NCBI GenBank assembly: GCA_041908795.1
Contig: JAYRER010000048.1
Coordinates: forward strand, 18,413 to 82,412
From: Minisyncoccota bacterium
GTDB taxonomy: Bacteria > Patescibacteriota > Minisyncoccia > Phycocordibacterales > UBA12088
Direction: 5' to 3'
Length of the DNA stretch: 64,000 nucleotides
The notes beneath the pieces were generated by a model, which searched no databases, had not been told where the DNA came from, and was given only the letters and a program-made list of their open reading frames with translations. Position numbers and translations under genes: made by a program. This document shows positions 39,886 through 48,434 of the stretch, one piece after another. Position 1 is the first letter of the stretch; each line of letters starts with the position of its first letter.

Positions 39886-40748
39886 GGATGTAGGATCTCA
39901 GTCCCGTACACACCTTCCAGAAGATCCGTGTCCTTGCCTGAGTCTCGGAGCAGTTCTATGTTCTTTTTTTCAAGCGCCCGTAGGAGTGTGATTGAATTTT
40001 TTCCATCGATATGTTTCTCAAAATAGTTTGCAAGTGCCGCAAAATCTTTGATGAAACAATGCCCACCTGCGCCCCGACCCAACACCGCACTTTTGTGTCC
40101 ACTCATATCCACAGGGTGCATGTGACTACTGCCTATTCGGGTGTCGGCTGACATTGCTTGTGCGAGCACTTCGTAGTCAGCTCCCACATTCTGACAGAGG
40201 TCGTACAGGAGGTTCATAAAAACCACCTTGGTAAAAAGGAAGCAGTTGCCACCGTACTTGATGAGTTCCGCGGTTATCGCGTCAGTTACCAGTTCGTAAG
40301 GTGCCCGGGGAAGTACCGCAAGTACTTTTCGAGCAGCGTCATGGTACACGTCTGTATCCTCTGGAATGCCCAGTATGTTTCTTTCCGGATTCGCTGCGTC
40401 GTAGGCAGCTGACTTCTCACGTAAAAACTCAGGGGAGTGGAGAATGAGTAGTGTGGGGAAATCTTGCTGCAGTCTGCTTGTCGTACCCGGCAGTATCGTT
40501 GACTTAATAACCGCAATCGCGTTAGGTCCTACCTTGGTGAGGGCATCACGCAATTGACGATCATTGAATCCCTCTGGTGTTGTTGGAGTAGGAACAGCCA
40601 CGAAGACGATTTCGCATTTTGATACCGCCTCCCCATTTTGTGCGTACGGCTCCTCAAGCGCATACCGTATCACCTGATACCCGCGCCGTTCAAAATCATC
40701 GGCGTAATTCTTCCCAATAAACCCTTGGCCTATGCATCCAATCTTCAT
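39882..40748 (-). CDS. Truncated UDP-glucose/UDP-ManNAc 6-dehydrogenase-like protein (N-terminal NAD and central domains only), paralog A
   Basis: KIGCIGQGFIG, IKSTILPGTT, SPEFLREKSA, catalytic-Cys motif GRGAGGHCFIKD. Only 288 aa, so it lacks the roughly 100-aa C-terminal UDP-binding domain. Confidence 0.7.
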   Translation of the reverse strand: MKIGCIGQGFIGKNYADDFERRGYQVIRYALEEPYAQNGEAVSKCEIVFVAVPTPTTPEGFNDRQLRDALTKVGPNAIAVIKSTILPGTTSRLQQDFPTLLILHSPEFLREKSAAYDAANPERNILGIPEDTDVYHDAARKVLAVLPRAPYELVTDAITAELIKYGGNCFLFTKVVFMNLLYDLCQNVGADYEVLAQAMSADTRIGSSHMHPVDMSGHKSAVLGRGAGGHCFIKDFAALANYFEKHIDGKNSITLLRALEKKNIELLRDSGKDTDLLEGVYGTEILHP

Positions 40749-40750
40749 AC

Positions 40751-41674
40751 CTATTTGGTTGCCTTCGGCTTTTTCTTCACTCTTTGCACTTTTCCCTCAA
40801 GACCGGCCCCTTTTCCGTACACACCTTCCAAAAGATCAATATCTTTTTCGGTCATCCTCAGCAAGTGGGTGTTCTTTCGTTCCATTGAGTAGAACACTTC
40901 CGCACCACGAGAATCCCCCGTTGCTTGCTCATACCATCGTGCAAACGCGGCCATATCCTTGATGTAGCAAGGTCCTCCTGCTCCACGACCGGGTACCGCG
41001 CCCGGGTGTCCGCTTGTGTGTACCGGATTGTTGTAGTAGTGCGCTCGAGATGAGAGATAAGGATCTGCATCAAGTGCACGCTTAAGCTCATCCCATGTAG
41101 CTCCAGTGGCTTGAGCCGCATCATACATTAGATTCGTAAATAATATTCGCATATACCCATGAAGATTATGTGCGTACTTGATGAGTTCCGCTTCATGCGA
41201 CGTACATACTTGACTGTGTACACTGGGAGGAAAATGCGACAGTACGGTTTGTGCGTGTTTTTTTGTACTTACCCCGGGAACAAACCCCACGATATTCATG
41301 ATGGGGTATGCCGCATCCCATCCCGCAGTCTTCGCAAGCAAGAACTCGGGAGAAAACATGACGCGAACATTAGGATACTGACTTTGCAGCACTTCCGTGG
41401 TTCCAGGAAGCAGGGTCGACTTGATTACTGCTATTTTTCCCTTTCCGACAAGAGCGATCGATTCGCGTACGATAGAATCATCGAATCCCTTAGGGGTGGT
41501 GGGGGTCGGTACCGCAATAAGAACTATGTCGCAAAGCGCTATTCTTGACTTGTTGTCGCGGTACGCATCTTCAAGCGAGTAGCGCACGGTCTCATAGCCA
41601 CGTTTTTCAAAATCATCGGCATAGCTCCTCCCAACAAACCCTTGGCCGATAAATCCTATAAGAGGTTGTGCCAT
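40751..41674 (-). CDS. Truncated UDP-sugar 6-dehydrogenase-like protein, paralog B (tandem duplicate)
   Basis: IGFIGQGFVG, IKSTLLPGTT, SPEFLLAKTA, GRGAGGPCYIKD. 307 aa, colinear with paralog A. Confidence 0.7.
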   Translation of the reverse strand: MAQPLIGFIGQGFVGRSYADDFEKRGYETVRYSLEDAYRDNKSRIALCDIVLIAVPTPTTPKGFDDSIVRESIALVGKGKIAVIKSTLLPGTTEVLQSQYPNVRVMFSPEFLLAKTAGWDAAYPIMNIVGFVPGVSTKKHAQTVLSHFPPSVHSQVCTSHEAELIKYAHNLHGYMRILFTNLMYDAAQATGATWDELKRALDADPYLSSRAHYYNNPVHTSGHPGAVPGRGAGGPCYIKDMAAFARWYEQATGDSRGAEVFYSMERKNTHLLRMTEKDIDLLEGVYGKGAGLEGKVQRVKKKPKATK

Positions 41675-41979
41675 AAAAAATATCGATTATTAGCTACTCA
41701 AAAAGATTAAATCCGGTGCGCTGGGTATTCTACCCCAAAAATCGCAAAATTGCTCGCGCGAGCTTGTCGGGGTCGTAACGAGTGAGTGTCCGACGCGGAG
41801 GGTCACCCCTCTTTGGCTTCTAGAGCTCTGCTGAATGGAGGGTGAAGTGTCCCTATGGTAACGATATGGGGAAGTTTTTCTCCGCAGGTCGCTGATTGTT
41901 TCGACGCATAACGAACCACCCTAGCACAGTCACATTCGGCTGCTACTGGAGCGGTGCGAGGTGCGTTATGATGTGACAG

Positions 41980-42987
41980 ATGAATGCTCGCACCATTATC
42001 CCAACCCTTATGCACGCAACAGGGTTGCCGCACATAATGAGACTGCGTCAACGAAACCGACTGGTTGTCGTGCTCTACCACGGCGTCACAGATGATATTG
42101 GTACGGGAATTTTCAACTACCGCGGAAAGTTTGTTTCAACACATACGTTTAATAATCATCTTGACTACTTTACACGTCACCACACCGTACTTGGACTCGA
42201 TGAAGCCGTACGTCTACTGTTTTCAGAATCTCCATTGCCTTCCTACCCTCTCTGTATCACATTTGATGATGGGTACAGGAATTTTTTTACCCACGCAGCT
42301 CCGCTTCTCAAGCAGTACCGAATGGCGGCAACCATGTTCCTCACCACCTCATTTATCGACACAAAGAAGCCCTTGTGGGTGGACCGCCTCGAGTACGCCG
42401 CGGGCCATGGAATCCACCCGACACTCCCTGACCGTACCGCGCGCGCAAAATTGGATGCGCAGATACGCTCAAGACTCAAGCAACTCCCGGACCTTGAGCG
42501 CGAATCCACGCTTTCTACATTTGAGGAGAAGGTCGCTGCAAAACTTGTCGATTTTGATGAGTCAAGGAGCGTATACGCACCCCTCTCGTGGAGTGAGGTG
42601 GAAACGTTGGAAAAAGAGGGTATGATGTTTGGTGCCCACAGTGTGCACCACCCTATTCTGACTCGCCTTACACCCGAGGCGCTGCGCGTAGAAGTGGGCG
42701 AATCAAGGGAATGTGTCACGAGGCGCTGCAAGAAATCGTCTTCGGTATTTGCCTATCCGAACGGACAATCGGGTGATTATGATGAGGTAGTCACGCGCGA
42801 AGTGCGCGCGTGCGGATTCACCGCCGCACTGACTACGATTCCCGGCAACAACAAAAAGACCACCAGCCCCTATGCGCTCAAACGCTACACGATGAGCACA
42901 CGGGACGTGGGGGCCTCATTTATTCAAAACGTTACTGGCACTAACACAGCACTTTCATGTCTACTACAACAACTCGGGCGGAGGTGA
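41980..42987 (+). CDS. Polysaccharide deacetylase (CE4), copy 4
   Basis: CITFDDGYRNFFTHAAPLLKQY...HSVHHP. Confidence 0.75.
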   Translation: MNARTIIPTLMHATGLPHIMRLRQRNRLVVVLYHGVTDDIGTGIFNYRGKFVSTHTFNNHLDYFTRHHTVLGLDEAVRLLFSESPLPSYPLCITFDDGYRNFFTHAAPLLKQYRMAATMFLTTSFIDTKKPLWVDRLEYAAGHGIHPTLPDRTARAKLDAQIRSRLKQLPDLERESTLSTFEEKVAAKLVDFDESRSVYAPLSWSEVETLEKEGMMFGAHSVHHPILTRLTPEALRVEVGESRECVTRRCKKSSSVFAYPNGQSGDYDEVVTREVRACGFTAALTTIPGNNKKTTSPYALKRYTMSTRDVGASFIQNVTGTNTALSCLLQQLGRR

Positions 42988-43742
42988 GTTTTTTCAATGA
43001 GCGCAGTCGCTCGTACCTTGATGAGTACGGAAAAGAGACTCCCGAGGGTTTTTCATTCCGTATGCGTCGCGAAGGGGTACTACGGGTACTGCCAGACGGA
43101 GAGGGTAAGCGCGTGCTTGATATTGCCGGCGGACCCGGTGTGATGATAGCCGGTTTGCGTAAAAAAGGATACGAGGTTGACTGTGTGGATGCGGCTCCTG
43201 AAATGGTTGCGCTTGCGGCCCAAGAGGCGCGTGGCGACGCTAAGGTTCACACACACGTCGAAGACGTGCTCGCTCTTTCATACAAAAATGGCACGTTTGA
43301 CGCGCTGACTGCCATGGGTCTTGTTGAGTACCTTGATGATCAGGACAGGGCGATGCGAGAAATGGCACGGGTACTCAAACCTGGAGGTGTTGCGATTATC
43401 ACGTTCCCCAATCGTTACTCTCTATGGCGTTTCTGGGCAGCAACACTGCGGACCGTTTTCTACCCACTGCGTACGCTGCACAAAAAACTGACCGGGAAGC
43501 CGGTGTACCCTATACGTCATCGAGAGTACACACCGGAACAGGCACGAGCGTACATGCGCATACACGGACTTGTGCCTGCGCAGACGATTTACTACAACTA
43601 CAAGCTCATGCCATTTCCTCTCGATAAATTTTTTCCACGATTGACCGTGATTCAGTCGAGCCTCTGTGAAGGTAGAGGGGGAGTATTCTCTCGTTTCTTC
43701 GCCACCGCTTTTATTGTGGAGGGGGTGAAGCGGGCTCTGTAG
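42957..43742 (+). CDS. Class I SAM-dependent methyltransferase, copy 4
   Basis: VLDIAGGPG, LVEYLDD, PGGVAIITFPN. Overlaps PDA4 by 31 nt. Confidence 0.75.
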   Translation: MSTTTTRAEVSFFNERSRSYLDEYGKETPEGFSFRMRREGVLRVLPDGEGKRVLDIAGGPGVMIAGLRKKGYEVDCVDAAPEMVALAAQEARGDAKVHTHVEDVLALSYKNGTFDALTAMGLVEYLDDQDRAMREMARVLKPGGVAIITFPNRYSLWRFWAATLRTVFYPLRTLHKKLTGKPVYPIRHREYTPEQARAYMRIHGLVPAQTIYYNYKLMPFPLDKFFPRLTVIQSSLCEGRGGVFSRFFATAFIVEGVKRAL

Positions 43743-44919
43743 TTTCCTCTATCGAAGAGGTCACGTCGTCAGTGATCCCCCTACTCCTCAGGTAGCAGGT
43801 CTCGAATGATTCTTTCATGGCAGCGAGGTACTCTTCATCCGTAGTCTGAAATTTGTCCTTGACTGCGGTTGCAGCAGCTTCTTTCAATTGTACTCGTAGT
43901 GGAAAACTTTCAATAAGGCTACGAAGTTTGTTGGCGAGACACTCAATGTCTCCCACAGGACACGCCAAGCAATGTACCTTATCTATCAATACCGAACCCA
44001 CGACGCCGACATTGGTCGTCACGATAGGGCAATGGAGCATCGCCGCCTCAACAAGGGTCCTACCAAACCCCTCAAACTCTGAGGTGAGGAAGTAGACATC
44101 GGCACTTTGGTAGTAGCATGCAACATTTTCCTTCCACCCCTCAAACACCACACGATTCTCAAGGTGTAGCTCTTTGACAAGCGAAACCAGTCTTTTTTTC
44201 TCCTTACCCTCTCCCACTATAATTAACCCAACACTCGGATAGTGAGACGCAAGAAGGTTGAAAGCACTAATCGCATCTTCAATACGCTTCTCCGAAGTAA
44301 GTCGAGACACCATGAGCACAGTGAATTTAAAGTAAGGATACTTTTCGTTAAGGTTTGTTACGGGAGGTTTTGTTGGATCAAGATTTGAAAAATCTACCCT
44401 TACAGGAAGCACCGTGAGGACCGCCCCCTCAAGAAGTCCCCGTTGTTCGAATGACTGGCGCACATGGTCAGAGACAATACGCAGACACTGTGTTCGTGCA
44501 ACAAGCCAATTAGCGAGATGCAATCGAATCCTATTGAGCATCCCACTCTCAACAAACTCGGGTGCAAACGGATCGGTGTGCACTTGGAGTTGAAGGGGAA
44601 GTTTGAGCTCTCGCGCGATAAGATACCCCGCCAAACCACACTCAAACGGATCTTGAGCGGAGACGAGATCCACCCGCTCTATGTTCTTCCCCATACGATA
44701 CGCGTCGTACACATAGAGGAGAGGATGACGACTGTTGGTGGCATACACCCATACGTTTGGGGCGATCTGTTGTTTTAAGAGACCTGTACCCCTGCGGGTA
44801 AACACAATAATATGGAGCTCATCAACAATAGCCCCTTGCTTTGTAATGCGCCGCCTAGCCTCGCTCTCGGCATCAAATAGTTTTCGCTCGCTCCCCACCA
44901 AGAGTACATTCATACCCAT
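43711..44919 (-). CDS. Glycosyltransferase family 4 (GT-B)
   Basis: EGFGRTLVEAAMLHCPIVTTNVG (GT4 EX7E-like region). Confidence 0.8.
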   Translation of the reverse strand: MGMNVLLVGSERKLFDAESEARRRITKQGAIVDELHIIVFTRRGTGLLKQQIAPNVWVYATNSRHPLLYVYDAYRMGKNIERVDLVSAQDPFECGLAGYLIARELKLPLQLQVHTDPFAPEFVESGMLNRIRLHLANWLVARTQCLRIVSDHVRQSFEQRGLLEGAVLTVLPVRVDFSNLDPTKPPVTNLNEKYPYFKFTVLMVSRLTSEKRIEDAISAFNLLASHYPSVGLIIVGEGKEKKRLVSLVKELHLENRVVFEGWKENVACYYQSADVYFLTSEFEGFGRTLVEAAMLHCPIVTTNVGVVGSVLIDKVHCLACPVGDIECLANKLRSLIESFPLRVQLKEAAATAVKDKFQTTDEEYLAAMKESFETCYLRSRGITDDVTSSIEETTEPASPPPQ

Positions 44920-45913
44920 AGAGTACCAGAAAATCCCTTGCTATGTCACGGTATGTTCTTCCCCATGGTAGCGCGGCGGCACGTGCGTGCCACATCCTGC
45001 GCTCATTCGAGTCAGCCATTCGAATAACTGCAGCTACGATATCTTCAAGCGAAAGGGGATCAACAAATAGCACACTGTCCTTGAGTGACTCACAGTATCC
45101 GGTCTCTTTGGTGAGAATAACTGGCACACCAAAAGAGAGTGCTTCAAGTGCAATATTTGGTGTTACCTCCGAAAGGGAGGGGAGCACGAGGGCCCACGCA
45201 CGCCGCATCACTCGATGTGCTTCTTCTTGCGGAACGTTGGCGAGAGTCACCAGCTCTATTTCAGGACATGTTGCGCGCGCACGCTCGAATGCTCGTGCGA
45301 GTCGCGCTGTGTTCTTGAGAAAAAGCGGCCTCCCCACCCACACGAAACGCTTACTAGGTGGCTCCTCTGGTACACTGCGTACAGGTTGCACATTCTCGAT
45401 AACTGCGGTTCGCTCGTACGGTATGGTATATGCGGCAACTGTGAGAGCCTGTTGCCATTGAGAAGAAAATACCACTCTGGTGGGTAGCGCGAACACCACT
45501 CTGCGAGTGATACACTTGAGTATTCGCTCATAGAAACTTAGCGGTGGTGAGGTCTGGTAAAATGTTGAAAGTGGTACCTCACACCTGGTACGCTCGACAA
45601 AACGTTCCCACAGGAAATCTCCACCACTACGCACAAATACACACGTACGAAAGAGGCGTGCCATGAGCACTGTAGGGATCGCGACACTCCACGTATCTAG
45701 GGAAATCACTAAGTCCGCTGTTTTTAGGGGTTTCCATAATCCTGCCGCAAACGCAACATGACGCACCACCTTCGGGTACATGCGATAGGTTGAAAACGAA
45801 ACAAGTGAAACTGTATGTCCTTCTGCCACAAACCCATCCCGTAACCCTTCAGAGTAGTAGGAAGGACCTCCCGCCTGCGGAGGACTCAACGGAGTAGCAA
45901 TAACAACGTGCAT
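44873..45913 (-). CDS. Glycosyltransferase (GT-B, GT4-like)
   Basis: LEALSFGVPVILTKETG. The track start is TTG at 45928. The in-frame ATG at 45913 is preferred. Confidence 0.7.
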   Translation of the reverse strand: MHVVIATPLSPPQAGGPSYYSEGLRDGFVAEGHTVSLVSFSTYRMYPKVVRHVAFAAGLWKPLKTADLVISLDTWSVAIPTVLMARLFRTCVFVRSGGDFLWERFVERTRCEVPLSTFYQTSPPLSFYERILKCITRRVVFALPTRVVFSSQWQQALTVAAYTIPYERTAVIENVQPVRSVPEEPPSKRFVWVGRPLFLKNTARLARAFERARATCPEIELVTLANVPQEEAHRVMRRAWALVLPSLSEVTPNIALEALSFGVPVILTKETGYCESLKDSVLFVDPLSLEDIVAAVIRMADSNERRMWHARAAALPWGRTYRDIARDFLVLYGYECTLGGERAKTI

Positions 45914-45926
45914 AACTACAGTATAC

Positions 45927-45959
45927 AAAAAAAGAAAGCGCCGTCATTCAAAACGGCGC
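45927..45959 (-). terminator. Rho-independent terminator (GCGCCGT-cattcaaa-ACGGCGC hairpin followed by TTTCTTTTTTT on the minus strand)
   Basis: Read directly. It terminates minus-strand transcription coming from the rplB side, immediately upstream of the glycosyltransferase start. Confidence 0.6.
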
Positions 45960-46491
45960 AAGTAGCCAACGGCTCGCTTACTACTGCGCATGGCGAACGT
46001 GATAGGCGCGGCCATGAGGAGTAGCGAGAGAATTACAACGACAAACACACAGAGCGAACATAACTGGAGGCACGCATACATCGATACCTTCGCATGCCCC
46101 AGCTGAGCACCAAGCGGTGCCGAATGAACAAGAGAAAGATTGGACCTACCCCTATTCCGTGTCCTGTTGCTTGTTCCGCTCGGGACACTGCTTATGGTCG
46201 CGAGTGTAATGTATGGACGTTCTCTACGCATCGGTCACCCGTATAGTGATGTGTATGCACCCGAAGTTTTCTGAGGCAGTTTGCCCCAGATACGTACCAC
46301 CGAACAATGCGCTGTTCGAAGCCACACGCCAAAGTTGCATGAGTGCAAACAACGCACTTTCTTCCAGTTCTTTAAGGACTTGGTCTTGTCGGTCACACAT
46401 CTGTCGGCTCCCATTCGTTTCAGTTCCTTAACCCAGTAAGCCAGAGTAACCACTTGTGCACAAGTGTCGTAGGGTGAGTTACCAAAAAATT

Positions 46492-47337
46492 CTACTTCCG
46501 GCGTTTACCCACCTTACGACGAGAAACAATGAGCTTGTTACTATACTTCTTTGGTGTGCGTGTTTTGTGTCCTTTGCCGGTAGGCTTGCCATAAATAGAG
46601 CGCGCACGACGGTGACCGCGACCTTGGCGACCCTCACCTCCACCGTGCGGGTGATCAACCGGATTCATCACCGTACCACGCACCGTTGGCCGTACACCGA
46701 GCCAACGACTGCGTCCCGCTTTCCCAAGCGTCACAAGTTGATGCTCTTCGTTGCTCACCACACCGATGGTTGCCCAACAAGTTGAGGGTATCTTACGAAC
46801 CTCAGTGGATGGCATTTTCACGTGAGTATAGGTGCCGTCTTGCGCCACCACATCACAAAAATTGCCCGCGGAGCGCGCAAATCGCGCACCCGCCCCCGGC
46901 TTCGTTTCAATGAGGTGCACTTGCGCACCTATCGGTATGCTACTCAGTGGCATCCGGACGCCAAGTTCAGGTGCGACGGACGTGGAGGCAATAAAACGAT
47001 CCCCCACCTTTGCCGTCTTGTGTGCAAGGATGTAGCGACGTTCACCATCCGCGTAGCAAAGAAGGGCGACATACGAGCTACGATTAGGATCGTACTCGAT
47101 GGATTCAATACGTGCGGGAATGTCGTGCTTGTTGAAAGTGAAGTCTATTTGCCGGTAGACACGCTTATGGCCACCACCTTTATGACGCGTGGTGATGCGT
47201 CCCTGGCTATTCCTTCCCACGGCCCGTTTACCTCCTTTGGTAAGAGCCTTGTGGGGCACGGAAGTAGTCACCACTGTTTTATAGGAACGAGTGGTCATGC
47301 TTCGGCGTGAGGGTGTGGTGGGGTTGTACTTTTTCAT
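46492..47337 (-). CDS. rplB: 50S ribosomal protein L2
   Basis: 281 aa, GGGHKRVYRQIDF...PVDHPHGGGEG. Confidence 0.97.
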   Translation of the reverse strand: MKKYNPTTPSRRSMTTRSYKTVVTTSVPHKALTKGGKRAVGRNSQGRITTRHKGGGHKRVYRQIDFTFNKHDIPARIESIEYDPNRSSYVALLCYADGERRYILAHKTAKVGDRFIASTSVAPELGVRMPLSSIPIGAQVHLIETKPGAGARFARSAGNFCDVVAQDGTYTHVKMPSTEVRKIPSTCWATIGVVSNEEHQLVTLGKAGRSRWLGVRPTVRGTVMNPVDHPHGGGEGRQGRGHRRARSIYGKPTGKGHKTRTPKKYSNKLIVSRRKVGKRRK

Positions 47338-47339
47338 AG

Positions 47340-47741
47340 TTATACCATGTCGATTTTATCGCCCTTTTTCAGAAACACGTATGCCTTCTTGTATCCCTTA
47401 ATCGTACCGCGACGGCGACGCATCGAGGAAACAAACTTTCGAGGGGCAACGCGGACGACGTTCACCTTAATGGGAGTTACTTTGTAGACTTGCTTGACCG
47501 CCGCCACAATATCACGCTTTGTCGCATCCACAGCTACCATGAACACATACATACCTTTTACCGTAGCATATGCCGCTTTTTCCGTAATGCGAGGTCCTCG
47601 TAGAATGTAGTCGGCACTCTTTGTGAGCGTTGTTATTTCACCTTTTTTCTTCAGTGACTTCTTCGCGGCGTTCGCAACAGAGGACACGCCCTTCGCATCC
47701 ACGTTCTCCTTTTTATCTCCTTTTTTTCCTAGGATAGCCAT
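47340..47741 (-). CDS. rplW: 50S ribosomal protein L23 with a Lys-rich N-terminal extension
   Basis: ADYILRGPRITEKA...KVNVVRV core. Confidence 0.9.
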   Translation of the reverse strand: MAILGKKGDKKENVDAKGVSSVANAAKKSLKKKGEITTLTKSADYILRGPRITEKAAYATVKGMYVFMVAVDATKRDIVAAVKQVYKVTPIKVNVVRVAPRKFVSSMRRRRGTIKGYKKAYVFLKKGDKIDMV

Positions 47742-47745
47742 AGTG

Positions 47746-48429
47746 TTATGCGTTAGTCGTCACCTCCTGACCCGCTCGTTTCTTAAGCACTGCAATCGCC
47801 TCTTCCGGAACAGACACGATAAGGTACTTATAGCGAAGAAGCTCAACAGGATTCAAATTGCGAACCTCTTCAACGAGCACATTGCCGAAGTTGCGAAAGC
47901 TTTTCTCTAACGTTGTACTACGTGAGGGGTGTGCGATAAGTGCGGTGTTGGTGCGTTTTGTTTTCAACTTCTCAAACCCCGCAATAGTGGAGAGGTCTAC
48001 CAACACCTGCTTTGCGACTTTAGTTTTCGGTTCACTAAGTGCGATGGTTTCCACAAAGAGCACTTCACCGTCCGCAAGCTTCTTTGAGAGCACCGCGCAG
48101 AGCGCCTTTGTTCGCATCTTTTTATTGATTTTCTGGGTATAGTCACGCTCGTTGCGAGGACCATGGGAAACCGACCCACCCCTCCAAATGGGAGACCTCC
48201 GTGTCCCATGGCGCGCATTGCCGGTACCCTTCTGCTTCCACGGCTTCTTGCCGGTACCGGAAACTTCGCTCGTGGTTTTGGTATGCGCAATAGGGTTACG
48301 TGCGTTCGCCTGCATCGCACGCACAACCTGCGAAACGAGATCTTTGTTCCACGCAACACCAAAAAGTGCATCGGGGAGTTGGAGTTCACCCGCCTGTTTG
48401 CCTTCGCTTGTGTAGATAGTTGCTTTCAT
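47746..48429 (-). CDS. rplD: 50S ribosomal protein L4
   Basis: 227 aa, KPWKQKGTGNARHGTRRSPIWRGGSVSHGP. Confidence 0.95.
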   Translation of the reverse strand: MKATIYTSEGKQAGELQLPDALFGVAWNKDLVSQVVRAMQANARNPIAHTKTTSEVSGTGKKPWKQKGTGNARHGTRRSPIWRGGSVSHGPRNERDYTQKINKKMRTKALCAVLSKKLADGEVLFVETIALSEPKTKVAKQVLVDLSTIAGFEKLKTKRTNTALIAHPSRSTTLEKSFRNFGNVLVEEVRNLNPVELLRYKYLIVSVPEEAIAVLKKRAGQEVTTNA

Positions 48430-48434
48430 GGTGG

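Noticed and set aside
45944-46231. 95-aa ORF downstream of rplB, where rpsS would be expected
   Set aside because: It is not S19-like and has a weak RBS. Its stop is inside the terminator hairpin. It is probably non-coding spacer, so low confidence only.
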